From the NCBI GenBank assembly GCA_964460545.1, contig CAYWUT010000001.1:21320-85319 (forward strand): a stretch of 64,000 nt of DNA, given 5' to 3'. Shown here piece by piece: positions 25,281-35,055 of the stretch (within the stretch, counting starts at the first letter, position 1; each line of letters begins with the position of its first letter). The notes beneath the pieces were generated by a model. It searched no databases and was not told the origin of the DNA. It worked only from the letters and a program-made list of their open reading frames with translations. Source of the stretch: an uncultured Spirochaetota bacterium (lineage in GTDB: Bacteria > Spirochaetota > B62-G9 > DRHN01). A program made the translations under genes and the position numbers.

Positions 25281-26795
25281 TTAATGGGAAACCGCCTGGT
25301 CCGGCGGGAAGATGAGGGCGCCGTCCGTGATCTCTATGGTAAGGTTTCCGTTCTCGAGGTCCAGGTCGCGGAATATCCGCGCCGTGACCCCGTCACCGTC
25401 CGGCACCAAAGCGTACAGATTGACCTTCTTATGGTTGCGCACGAGCTTGTTGTAACGGCGTTTCCCGATGGTGAGGGTATAGGCCCCTTCCATCGGGACC
25501 TTGAACACGAAATTATAATCGACTTTCTTGAACCCGATCTCGTCCAGCTGTTGGAAATAACGCGGTTTCTGATAACCCCGCTTTTCTCCATCCTCTCCGG
25601 TGACGTATGCAATCTCGGTCTTCTCCACAATAAGCAGCGTTTTACGTTCGCGCGCCACTCGTTCTCTCACTCCCCGGAGGAAGGCGGAGAACATATCGTG
25701 ATCGAAATCATACTTCTTCTCGAGGTTCACCGTGAAGATGCACAGCGGATACCGGTACTTCTTCTTAGTGAGATCATACCACTTCATGATATGATCGGCC
25801 GAGAAATCGACCACGATATTCTCGGCGTCCTCGCTGAAGATGTTCGAATCCTGCCCGCGTTCCCAGTTGTTTGCGGTGAGGAGCGTGGTCGTGGAGCGAT
25901 ACTCGTTATCGAAATACCCGTACACCACCATTGAGTGGTGCATCTTCTTGCTCAGGTATCCGATGATGATTCGCCGGCCCCGGTCGATCGCGCTCCTTAC
26001 CGTTCCAAGCTCGTTCGCGAGCGTTTCCGGGTCTATGCCTTCCGACATCCTTATCCTTCCCGAGATGAAATTGGCGAATACGATATCGTTCTGCACGTAA
26101 TCCATCGCCCGTATGACCGTCTCGTTGAGCTCGCTCAGCTCGTAAACGTCCCCGTATCCCTCGGGAAAGCGTTCCGGATCGTCTAGATAGTAGATCTGCC
26201 CTCCGGTGAACCCGTAGCATCGGCCTATGCTCCCCTTGTACAGATCATACATCGAGGAGAGGAGCAGAACCTCCTCTTCCCCGTCAAGGGGTTCGAACCG
26301 TTCTCCGGCCCACTCGATGAGCCGTTCCGATACGAAATCGTTGTAATCCTCGTACTGCCCGTCATTGGCGAAGCTGTAATTGTCCCGTCCCCAGACGAAA
26401 TCGGCGAACGCGACGACGAATGACCGCTCGAATACGCCGAAATCCGTTTCGAGTTTCACGAGGGGCCTGTAAACGCCCGCCTCCCTGTACGGTATGCCCC
26501 TGAACACCGTTTCGTTTACCGTTTTGTCAACAGCAAGGTCTGTGTTTCCGTCCCGGTCGAAATCGAAGAGGACACGGCGGACCAGGTTCTGCGGGTCCCG
26601 GAGCACGAATTCCAGAACGAGCGGGGTCCCGCTGTGGCACTCGATATCCAGGGAAACCGAACCGTTCTTATCCCCGTACGCTTCTTTCGAAGGACCGCCC
26701 GGATCCTCGGCGAACAGGAAGAGGGGACTGAGGGATAAAAGATTGAGGACGATTAAAAAACGGGCGGGTAGTAACCGGAATAATACCATAGGCAT
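25281..26795 (-). CDS. secreted hypothetical protein (504 aa)
   Basis: N-terminal signal peptide (LLPARFLIVLNLLSLSPLFLFA). No recognisable catalytic motif. Confidence 0.4.
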   Translation of the reverse strand: MPMVLFRLLPARFLIVLNLLSLSPLFLFAEDPGGPSKEAYGDKNGSVSLDIECHSGTPLVLEFVLRDPQNLVRRVLFDFDRDGNTDLAVDKTVNETVFRGIPYREAGVYRPLVKLETDFGVFERSFVVAFADFVWGRDNYSFANDGQYEDYNDFVSERLIEWAGERFEPLDGEEEVLLLSSMYDLYKGSIGRCYGFTGGQIYYLDDPERFPEGYGDVYELSELNETVIRAMDYVQNDIVFANFISGRIRMSEGIDPETLANELGTVRSAIDRGRRIIIGYLSKKMHHSMVVYGYFDNEYRSTTTLLTANNWERGQDSNIFSEDAENIVVDFSADHIMKWYDLTKKKYRYPLCIFTVNLEKKYDFDHDMFSAFLRGVRERVARERKTLLIVEKTEIAYVTGEDGEKRGYQKPRYFQQLDEIGFKKVDYNFVFKVPMEGAYTLTIGKRRYNKLVRNHKKVNLYALVPDGDGVTARIFRDLDLENGNLTIEITDGALIFPPDQAVSH

Positions 26796-26821
26796 GAAGA
26801 GTGGCCGATACGGGCGGAGAG

Positions 26822-27223
26822 TCAGTCCTCCCCGTTTCCTTCTCCTTTTTCTTCGCCGTTTTCCTTGAACAGAAAGGATGGATTCTTTCCCTCTTTAAGG
26901 GCCTGGAGAAACTTCAGGCTGATGGACTTCGGAACCATCCTGAGTATACCGTCACCGTAGTACATGAAACCGTAAACGTTGCGTATGAGCGCCCTGGTAC
27001 AGGTCCTCCCGTCCTCTGCAAAAAACGCTTCGTGAACGAAAGCTCTCTTCTCCGGGTCCTTGAAGGAGGCCACATACACCTCCCTGGAGGTGATGAGGTC
27101 CTCGTACCTGTCGAACTTCTTGCCCCTGAGATACTCAGGAAGCTTTTCCTGGCGCTTTCTCCGGTGAATATAGATCGCGAAATAGACTGCAGCGGCTAAA
27201 ACAACGACTGCGATAATGATCAA
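26822..27223 (-). CDS. small membrane-anchored hypothetical protein
   Basis: Single N-terminal TM helix MIIIAVVVLAAAVYFAIYI followed by a charged domain. 133 aa. Confidence 0.35.
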   Translation of the reverse strand: MIIIAVVVLAAAVYFAIYIHRRKRQEKLPEYLRGKKFDRYEDLITSREVYVASFKDPEKRAFVHEAFFAEDGRTCTRALIRNVYGFMYYGDGILRMVPKSISLKFLQALKEGKNPSFLFKENGEEKGEGNGED

Positions 27224-27242
27224 GATCCCGCCTCCGGCGTTC

Positions 27243-29876
27243 CTAACCCGAGATCGAAAGGAGTAGGTTTTTTACACGCTCGCGGCTGCTCTCAAAGGAG
27301 GCGAGCCTCGTCTTTTCCTTTTCCACGACCTGCGGCGGCGCCTTCCGGGTGAACTGTTCGTTTTGAAGCTTGGTCCTGCTCTTGTTTATCTCGGCGTCGA
27401 TCTTTTCCATTTCCCTGGCGAGCCTCTGTTTCTCCAGATCGATATCGATGACCCCCTCGAGGGGCAGATAGACTTCGAAACCTTCTCCCACGGCGGACGC
27501 GGACCCTGGCGGCTTGGACAGGTCCCCGCACTCGATGTGCTCCAGGTGGGCGAGGAATTTGATCGTCGTCTCCTTGGAATCCACGATCCCGCCTATCCGT
27601 CCGTCGAGGTCCCTGACGAGCACCTTCACCCTGAGCTCCGGGGGCACGTTCATCTCGCCCCTTATGTTCCTGATCGCATACACCAGGGACTGCAGAAGCG
27701 CTATTTCCCGCACGCTCTCCTCGTTCTCCTCGTGCTCTCCGGCTACCGGATAGGGAGCGGACATGATGCTCTTCTCCCCGTGATCCACGGGCAGCCGCTG
27801 CCAGATCTCCTCGGTGATAAAGGGCATGATCGGATGGAGGAGGCGCATGCATCCCTCGAGCATAAAGACGAGCATGCTCGCCGCGCGTACCTTCTTCTCA
27901 CCGTCATCGGAATAGAGCCTGACCTTCGTGAACTCGATATACCAGTCGCAGAACACATGCCAGAAAAACTCGTATATAAGGGAAGACGCGTCGTTCAGCC
28001 GGTACTCCTCGAAACAGCGGTTCACATTCCGCACGGTCCGTTCGTAGAGCGTCAGTATCCACCTGTCTTCGGTCTCGAGCTCATCGTCGGAGAGACGGCG
28101 AATTTCCAGCCCCTCCACATTCGTTAATATGTAGCGCGATGCGTTCCATATCTTGTTCGAGAAGCGGGCTCCCGTGTTGAACTTGTCCATGGACAGGAGG
28201 AGGTTCTGGCCGACGGGCGTTATGTTCACGATGGTGTACCGCATGGCGTCGGCACCGTATTTCTCCACGACCTCGATAGGGTCGATCCCGTTGCCGAGCG
28301 ACTTGCTCATCTTTCGCCCCTGATCGTCCATCACCACGCCGTGAATGTAAACGTCCCTGAACGGCACCTCGTTTCTGAATTTCAGGCCGCTCATGATCAT
28401 CCGGGCGACCCAGAAGAAGAGTATTCCCGGGTCCGTCACGAGAAGGTTCGTCGGGTAGTAGTAGGCGAGGTCCTCGGTCTCCTCCGGCCATCCGAGCGTG
28501 GAGAAGGGCCAGAGCTGCGACGAGAACCAGGTGTCGAGCACGTCCTCGTCCTGGCGGATGACCGAAGATCCGCACTCGGGACATGATTCGGGCTCCTCGA
28601 CCGAGGCGAACTGCCCTCCGCACGCGTCGCAATAGTAGACCGGTATCCGGTGTCCCCACCAGATCTGCCTGCTGATACACCAGTCCCTGATGTCGTTCAT
28701 CCAGTTCATGTAGACCTTTGTCCACCTGGACGGATGGAAAACGACCTTCCCCTGCTCGACCGCCTCTATGGCGGGCTGCGCGAGCGGTTTCATGCGCACG
28801 AACCACTGGTTCGAGACATAGGGCTCGACAACGGTATGGCAGCGGTAGCAGTGGCCCACCTCCGATTCGTGCGGCTCCTGCTTAACGAGATACGCACCAG
28901 ACTTGAGCTCGTCGACCATGACCTCCCTGCACTCGTACCGGTCCATACCGATGCAGTCCGCAATACCGTTTTCATTTACGGTCGCGTCCTCGTTGAGAAC
29001 ATTGATGACCGGAAGCCCGTGACGCTTTCCAACCTCGAAATCGTTCGGATCATGCGCGGGGGTGATCTTGAGCGCCCCTGTCCCGAACTCCCGCTGCACG
29101 TACCGGTCCGCTATAACCGGGATTTCTCTTCCCACAAGCGGAAGTATTACGGTCTTCCCGACATGGTCCCGGTAGCGGGGGTCCTCCGGGTGGACGGCTA
29201 CCGCGGTGTCGCCGAGCATGGTTTCCGGCCTCGTCGTAGCCACCACGAGACCGCCGCCGCCTTCCTTGAAGGGATAGCGCACGTAGTAGAGGTACCCGCT
29301 GTGCGGCTCATGCTCCACTTCTTCGTCCGAGAGCGCAGTCTGGCAGCGGGGACACCAGTTTATGATGTATTCCCCCCTGTAGATGAGGCCCTCGTTGTAG
29401 AGCTGCACGAATACCTCGCGAACCGCCCTGGAGAGCCCCTCGTCCATGGTAAACCGCTCACGCTCCCAGTCACAGCTCGCGCCGAGCCTTTTAAGCTGTT
29501 TTATAATATTGGAACCGTATTCCTCTCTCCACTCCCAGACGAGCTCGATAAACCGCTCGCGTCCAACGTCCTGCCTCTTCTTTCCTTCCCGCCCGAGGGC
29601 CTTCTCCACCACGTTCTGTGTGGCTATGCCCGCATGATCCGTACCGGGCACCCAGAGTGCGTTGCAGCCCAGCATGCGCTTCCAGCGTACCATGATGTCC
29701 TGTATGGTGTTGTTCAGACCGTGCCCCATGTGGAGGACGCCGGTAACGTTCGGTGGCGGGATAACGATGGTGAAGGGTTCTTTCCCTTCGTCGACTTCCG
29801 CCCTGAAATAGCCGTTCTTCTCCCAGAATTCATACCACTTCTTTTCCACACGCGCCGGGTCGTACTTTTTTTCCAT
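27243..29876 (-). CDS. valS: valine--tRNA ligase
   Basis: HIGH motif PPPNVTGVLHMGHG, KMSKS motif KMSKSLGN, and a C-terminal coiled-coil. 877 aa. Confidence 0.92.
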   Translation of the reverse strand: MEKKYDPARVEKKWYEFWEKNGYFRAEVDEGKEPFTIVIPPPNVTGVLHMGHGLNNTIQDIMVRWKRMLGCNALWVPGTDHAGIATQNVVEKALGREGKKRQDVGRERFIELVWEWREEYGSNIIKQLKRLGASCDWERERFTMDEGLSRAVREVFVQLYNEGLIYRGEYIINWCPRCQTALSDEEVEHEPHSGYLYYVRYPFKEGGGGLVVATTRPETMLGDTAVAVHPEDPRYRDHVGKTVILPLVGREIPVIADRYVQREFGTGALKITPAHDPNDFEVGKRHGLPVINVLNEDATVNENGIADCIGMDRYECREVMVDELKSGAYLVKQEPHESEVGHCYRCHTVVEPYVSNQWFVRMKPLAQPAIEAVEQGKVVFHPSRWTKVYMNWMNDIRDWCISRQIWWGHRIPVYYCDACGGQFASVEEPESCPECGSSVIRQDEDVLDTWFSSQLWPFSTLGWPEETEDLAYYYPTNLLVTDPGILFFWVARMIMSGLKFRNEVPFRDVYIHGVVMDDQGRKMSKSLGNGIDPIEVVEKYGADAMRYTIVNITPVGQNLLLSMDKFNTGARFSNKIWNASRYILTNVEGLEIRRLSDDELETEDRWILTLYERTVRNVNRCFEEYRLNDASSLIYEFFWHVFCDWYIEFTKVRLYSDDGEKKVRAASMLVFMLEGCMRLLHPIMPFITEEIWQRLPVDHGEKSIMSAPYPVAGEHEENEESVREIALLQSLVYAIRNIRGEMNVPPELRVKVLVRDLDGRIGGIVDSKETTIKFLAHLEHIECGDLSKPPGSASAVGEGFEVYLPLEGVIDIDLEKQRLAREMEKIDAEINKSRTKLQNEQFTRKAPPQVVEKEKTRLASFESSRERVKNLLLSISG

Positions 29877-30025
29877 TTTCCCTCTGTACTCCGAAATCGT
29901 CCGGCCGGATCCACCCGGGCCGTTTCTTCAAAATCTGAAAAAACATAATCAGCATAACTTTATATGTCAAATAAAAGGGCCGGGTGCCTTCGCGGGAGGG
30001 GAAATCACAATCCGCGGATCATTAT

Positions 30026-31024
30026 TCAGACACGATTATATTTTACATATCTCCCGGACTCGTACCTTCGTACAAAGATGGTATAGAAGAGGGCCGAGAT
30101 GGGAAACTGCGCGAGCACACAGGCGGCCACACCGAGTATGGCCCTGGTCTCGAACGTGGTTATAACGATGACCATGGCAATGGAGAGGTTTTTCGATCCG
30201 TTCTGGTAGATGAGGGGGACGGAGATCTCCCGGTCCAGCTTGAAGAGCGCGGTAATCATCCAGGCCATCATGAAACCCGCGGCGTAGTATATGGACGCGG
30301 ACAGGACGCCCCACCAGATGATTACCGGATACATCGTCAGTATCTCGGCTCTGAGCGCGATCGATATGAGAATGATGAAAAGCTCGATGATACCGGAGAT
30401 CGAGGAGAGCGTCGGCCTGATACGCCTCATGATGTCCTCCTTCAAATGCCTGCGCAGGAAATACTTCAAACCGCCCGCGAGGCCGAAGGGAATGACGATG
30501 AGGAGGAACAGGTTCCTGGCGAGTATGACGATTGAAAACGGAGCGGCCCTGAGCAGGAGGGCCTTGAGACCGAACGGAACGAGAATGAGGTAGTATATGA
30601 AGGTAAAGGACTGTATGATGAGCGTGAGCAGCACGTCCCCCTCGAGAAACGCGGTCCAGGCCGAGAGCATGGCGTTGGGAGGAACGGTCGAGGAGATGAT
30701 GAGTCCGTTTCTGAGGAACACGAATTGAACCGGAATGATCCTGGAAATCAGTATCCCGAGAACGGGGGAGAGAATGGTGAGTATGAAGCTCACGATTATG
30801 GGCATGGCATAGTTTCTGAGCTTGTAGAGCAGGGAGAGGTCCGTGGGGAAGACCATGAGAAACACCATGATAAAGAGGAGGGGGGTCAGAAGAAAACGGA
30901 GAGAGGACACCCGCTCCGGATTGAACCGTCCCACGAGGTACCCGACCACCATTGCAGCGAGCGCCCAGAGGAGTATGTATTTCCTGAAACTTATGTTGAA
31001 GTGCATGAAGGCGTCCGCCCGCAA
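30026..31024 (-). CDS. BASS/ACR3-like (bile acid:sodium symporter / arsenite efflux family) membrane transporter
   Basis: About 10 predicted TM helices over 332 aa and a family-like overall pattern. Family-level call only. Confidence 0.4.
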   Translation of the reverse strand: MRADAFMHFNISFRKYILLWALAAMVVGYLVGRFNPERVSSLRFLLTPLLFIMVFLMVFPTDLSLLYKLRNYAMPIIVSFILTILSPVLGILISRIIPVQFVFLRNGLIISSTVPPNAMLSAWTAFLEGDVLLTLIIQSFTFIYYLILVPFGLKALLLRAAPFSIVILARNLFLLIVIPFGLAGGLKYFLRRHLKEDIMRRIRPTLSSISGIIELFIILISIALRAEILTMYPVIIWWGVLSASIYYAAGFMMAWMITALFKLDREISVPLIYQNGSKNLSIAMVIVITTFETRAILGVAACVLAQFPISALFYTIFVRRYESGRYVKYNRV

Positions 31025-31064
31025 AGTTGCACTATTTTAACATAAACGGCGATCAAATAAAATA

Positions 31065-31874
31065 TTAATTAAGGGCGCGCAGTATGCGGACGCAGGTTTT
31101 AACGTTTTCCAGCCTGTCGCCGTTGGACAGGGAAACCCTGATCGTGTCGCCTATGCCCTCCGCAAGCAGGATTCCCGTTCCGAGCGCGGATCGTATGATG
31201 CCGTCCGTACCGAAACCGGCCTCCGTTATGCCGATGTGCAGGGGATAGTCGACGCGCGCGGCGATCAGCCTGTTCGCATCCACCGTGAGCCTTACATCCG
31301 TCGATTTGAGCGATAATACAATATCTTCGAACCCCTCCCCTTCAAGGAGCGCCACCTCGCGCAGGCAGCTTTCCACGAGCGCCTGCGGCGTCATGGAGTA
31401 TTTATCGAGGATTTCGCGGGCAAGTGACCCGGAATTGACCCCTATCCTTATGGGAACCCCCCGCGCCTTCGCCGCAGCAGCAACCTCTGAGACCTTCTTC
31501 TTGGATCCGATGTTGCCCGGGTTGATCCGTATCTTGTCCGCCCCGCTCTTTATCGCCTCCAGCGCGAGCCGGTGGTCGAAGTGAATATCCGCCACAATGG
31601 GAACACCCGACCGTTCCCTGATCACACCGATAAGCCGGGCGCTCTCCTGATCGGGAACCGCGACCCGGATGAGCGCACACCCCGCCTGCTCGAGGCGTTT
31701 TATCATCTTCACCGCGTTCTTTACGTCCCCCGCGCTCCGAACGGGCGTGGGCAGCATCTCCTGAATTACAACGGGGCTCCCGCTTCCGATGGAGACCGGA
31801 CCGACATAGACGGTGCGCGTAACACGCCGCCGGACCTGCGTTCTCCCCGGATCCTTCCGTTCCCCGCAGTTCAT
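31065..31874 (-). pseudogene. ispG: 4-hydroxy-3-methylbut-2-enyl-diphosphate synthase (IspG/GcpE) N-terminal TIM-barrel domain only; 4Fe-4S C-terminal domain absent
   Basis: Colinear with E. coli IspG residues ~1-270 (IQEM/SMT ... ADIHFDHRLALEA ... RINPGNIG ... IRIGVNSGSL ... HIGITEAG ... GIGDTIRVSL ... VRILRAL). Terminates with TAA where E. coli continues RIRSRGINFIACPTCSR. The next 40 bp are AT-rich intergenic before a transporter gene. Start taken at MNCGERK (31874); the track ORF extends to 32078. Confidence 0.6.
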
Positions 31875-31888
31875 TCGGCGCCCGGCGA

Positions 31889-33160
31889 TCACGTGAATAC
31901 CGCCTCCTGTATCTTTCTGAACTGGAGAAGAATGGAGTCGACGACCTCGACGCTGCTTTTCTTTATGACCTCGTCGCGGGCGATATCCTCCCTTACCCGG
32001 GCTCCCTCGCAGAGTCCCATGGGAAGGAGACCTTCCTGTTCGGCGGTCGCGCTTCTCTCTATACCGCCGTAAACGCATTCCCCGCCGAAACCGTCGATGA
32101 CGTCATCCTTTTTCAGGTCTTTCTTCGCACGCGTGATGACCTCGAGCCGCGGCTTACCGGGCGTCATTGAGGCCCTTCCGTGGAGGCACGCATTCGCGAC
32201 GGTAAGGGGAACCTCGAGGTTGGTGAGGTGATAGGGCCTGACGAGCGCGTAGTTCGGCCCTTCGCCCACCCGCAAATAGCGCAGGGTCCGGTCCGCGACG
32301 GGCCCCTTCGGCCTCACAACGGCGAAGACCCCGGGAGCCAGGTCCCCGATAATGTAATCGACGACGCCCTCCTTTTCCAGCACGCCCCCCTCGCCCGTAC
32401 TGAAGACCTTCGGCAGGTCCGCCACATCGGCGCTCGGTCCGTGCATGTTCCTGACGTCGATATCGAGCCCGGCGGAGTTCGCGGCACAGCACATCTCGAC
32501 CATGGTTTTCGTACCGTCCACAAACTCGGTAAGCATCTTCGGATTGAGCCCCGACGATTTCGCCCTTTTCTCGAGGGACCGCGGCGTGCCGTGATTATCC
32601 AGCGGATTGTTCTTTCCCTTGCCCGCGGCCACGACCGTGCACCCGCAGAGCCGGGCGAAATCGACGAGCTCGACGACCGCCGCGGGCTCGTCGCCCGCGC
32701 ACACCGTGTACACGGTCCCCATCCGTTTCGCCAGCATGCCCAGATAGGGTCCGACCGTGGCGTCCGTCTCCACATTGAGCATGCCGGTGTGCTTCCCCCG
32801 CACCATGCTCAAGAACGCCGTTTCCGCGCCGATCGCAGGTTTTCCGGTCGCCTCGATCACCATGTCGATCCCCTCCAGCCCGGGAATCAGCCTGAAATCA
32901 TCGGTGATAACGCGCTCCTCCGGGAACGCGATGTCCTTAACCGGTCCTTTCGAATCATCCGTGCGGACCGTGCACGGAATATTCTCGAAACACCGGGCGG
33001 CCCGCTCGATGTCGATATCCGCGAGCGCAACGACCTTCATCCCCGGCACGTTCTCCATGACTTCGACGATGCCCCGTCCCATGAAACCGCCGCCCACGAG
33101 GCCCACCTTGAAAAAGCGGCCCTGGCTCTGCATATCCTCCAGCTCCCTGTACATACCCAT
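31889..33160 (-). CDS. NAD(P)-binding oxidoreductase with C-terminal SAF domain (homoserine-dehydrogenase-like, COG4091-type)
   Basis: Rossmann motif VGLVGGGFMGRG near the N-terminus. Start taken at MGMYRE; the track ORF extends to 33238. Confidence 0.4.
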   Translation of the reverse strand: MGMYRELEDMQSQGRFFKVGLVGGGFMGRGIVEVMENVPGMKVVALADIDIERAARCFENIPCTVRTDDSKGPVKDIAFPEERVITDDFRLIPGLEGIDMVIEATGKPAIGAETAFLSMVRGKHTGMLNVETDATVGPYLGMLAKRMGTVYTVCAGDEPAAVVELVDFARLCGCTVVAAGKGKNNPLDNHGTPRSLEKRAKSSGLNPKMLTEFVDGTKTMVEMCCAANSAGLDIDVRNMHGPSADVADLPKVFSTGEGGVLEKEGVVDYIIGDLAPGVFAVVRPKGPVADRTLRYLRVGEGPNYALVRPYHLTNLEVPLTVANACLHGRASMTPGKPRLEVITRAKKDLKKDDVIDGFGGECVYGGIERSATAEQEGLLPMGLCEGARVREDIARDEVIKKSSVEVVDSILLQFRKIQEAVFT

Positions 33161-33310
33161 ATCGCTCCCCGTCCTTTCGACAAGGAAAATAATACTCCCG
33201 TGTCGGGGAAAAATAAAACAAGTTCTCAAATAATTCATGGAACATAAGGGGAATAGTGAGCCGAACAGCGGAAAAGGGGAATAACCGCACGCTACGCGCG
33301 AAAAGACAGA

Positions 33311-33382
33311 TTGATAGGAAACGATTTTTTTACTACAATTAACATACCGGTAAAACGTTTACCGTCCGGTAAGCATTTACCG
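33311..33382 (+). promoter_or_regulatory. sigma70-like promoter (TTGATA-17-TACAAT) followed by two tandem palindromic operator-like sites upstream of gspD
   Basis: -35 TTGATA at 33311..33316, 17-bp spacer, -10 TACAAT at 33334..33339. Site 1 CGGTAAA-acg-TTTACCG at 33348..33364; site 2 CGGTAA-gca-TTTACCG at 33367..33382. Confidence 0.45.
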
Positions 33383-33387
33383 TCCGA

Positions 33388-35055
33388 ATGCTGAGAGGAT
33401 TGAACATGAGAAAAGCTGTGATCGGATTTTTTATACTGGCGCTCCTGACAGGGGCGTATCCGCTCCTCGGCCAGAAAGTCTCCCTGAATTTCGACGAGGT
33501 CGACATCGCCGTCTTTCTTCAAACGATGAGCGAGATTACGGGTAAAAGCTTCGTTGTAAGCGACAAGGTAAAGGGCAAGATTAGTTTCGTCTCGTCGGAG
33601 GATGTTCCCGCATCAAAAGTCTATCCCATCGTTCTCTCCATACTGGAAGCGCGGGGATTCCAGGCCGTGCCCGGCAAGGGCGACATCATACACATCTACC
33701 CGGCGCAGGAAGCGCTGAAGATGAGCGGGCGCATACACTACGGCACCCAGCCCCATCCCCCCGGGGACGAGGGCATCATCACCCACATCATTCCTCTCGA
33801 TTACGCGGATGTCAACAGCGTGATCAACGCAATACGTCCCGCTTTCGGCAATGACATCATTCTCACTCCCTACACGCGGATTAACTCCATTATAACGAGC
33901 GGCAATCCGGAAACCGTCAACCTGATCCTCGATATGGTGGGGTACATGGACACCTCGGTCCCGACCGAAAAGTCGGATATACACATATACAACCTCGAGA
34001 ACTCAGACGCCGTAACCATGGCCAAGACCCTGTCGACCCTGGCGAGCAGCATACAGTCGCGGCAGAGCCAGAAGAAACAGAAGACGCCGGAACAAGAGGA
34101 GGATTTCCTCAGCGACCGCTTCAACGTGGTGGCCAACGAGGAGACCAACTCCGTTATCATAATCAGCGCTCCGGATGACTGGGAAAAGATCGAGAATATA
34201 ATCGTTGAGCTCGACATCAAACGCGACCAGGTGCTCGTCGAGGCGCTCATCCTGGAGATAACGCTGAACGACGACCAGATACTGGGATTCGACTGGAACG
34301 TGCTGGTCGATACGGGTGTCGGGGCGGACGTGGTGGCGGGCTCGAATACCGGCCTCATGGCCGAGGGCCTGCAGACGGGCGGGCTTGCCGGGCTGACGGT
34401 CGGGCTTCTCAGTGGAGACCTGCCCAACGTGTACGCGATTCTCAATGCGAACAAGGAGAAGACGAACCTGAAGATCCTCTCCACTCCTGAAATCGTGACC
34501 GTGGACAATCACGAGGCAACGATCGAGATCGGCGAACAGATTCCGTTTCTCACGAGCTCCCGCGTCGATGAAAACAACAACGTGGTTCAGACCTACGATT
34601 ACAAAAACATCGGGATCACCCTCAAGCTCACGCCCCACATAAACAAGAACGGCTACATAACGATGAACATAAACCAGCAGATAAAGAAGATCGTCGAGGG
34701 CACGAGGGCCCTGGAAAACCCGTCGGTCTTCAACCGCGAGGTGACCTCGAAGGTCACGGTCAGGAACGAACGCACCATCGTCATCGGAGGGCTCATCAGG
34801 GACGATATTACGACGAGCGAGCAGAAGGTCCCGATACTGGGGGACATACCGATTCTCGGCCTTCTTTTCAGGAAAGAGGTGGAACAGCGGACGAGAACGA
34901 ACCTCCTCATATTCATCACTCCGCACCTTATAACGGACGATACGCAGATCAGCGAGATCACGGAGCAGAAGAGGCGGCAACAGGAAGATTTCGAGGCGAC
35001 GCAGCAGAAGAAAAAGCTACTCAGGCGGAAGGAAGATGAAAAAGACGGAGACTGA
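33388..35055 (+). CDS. gspD: type II secretion system secretin GspD (PilQ/GspD family)
   Basis: Signal peptide, then N0 domain LNFDEVDIAVFLQTMSEITGKSFVV. C-terminal secretin domain (LSTPEIVTVDNHEATIEIGEQIPF...VIGGLIRD...VPILGDIPILGLLFR). Confidence 0.85.
   Translation: MLRGLNMRKAVIGFFILALLTGAYPLLGQKVSLNFDEVDIAVFLQTMSEITGKSFVVSDKVKGKISFVSSEDVPASKVYPIVLSILEARGFQAVPGKGDIIHIYPAQEALKMSGRIHYGTQPHPPGDEGIITHIIPLDYADVNSVINAIRPAFGNDIILTPYTRINSIITSGNPETVNLILDMVGYMDTSVPTEKSDIHIYNLENSDAVTMAKTLSTLASSIQSRQSQKKQKTPEQEEDFLSDRFNVVANEETNSVIIISAPDDWEKIENIIVELDIKRDQVLVEALILEITLNDDQILGFDWNVLVDTGVGADVVAGSNTGLMAEGLQTGGLAGLTVGLLSGDLPNVYAILNANKEKTNLKILSTPEIVTVDNHEATIEIGEQIPFLTSSRVDENNNVVQTYDYKNIGITLKLTPHINKNGYITMNINQQIKKIVEGTRALENPSVFNREVTSKVTVRNERTIVIGGLIRDDITTSEQKVPILGDIPILGLLFRKEVEQRTRTNLLIFITPHLITDDTQISEITEQKRRQQEDFEATQQKKKLLRRKEDEKDGD

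Noticed and set aside
25257-25934. 225-aa plus-strand ORF
   Set aside because: It is fully antisense to the signal-peptide-bearing 504-aa minus-strand gene. No RBS or motifs.
27292-29948. ORFs 27292..27852(-), 27363..28127(+), 28081..28806(-) and 28650..29948(+, 432 aa)
   Set aside because: All lie within valS in other frames or on the other strand. The valS frame carries HIGH and KMSKS motifs along its full length.
34003-34980. 325-aa minus-strand ORF and neighbours inside gspD
   Set aside because: They are antisense to the secretin gene, which has clear N0 and secretin-domain motifs.
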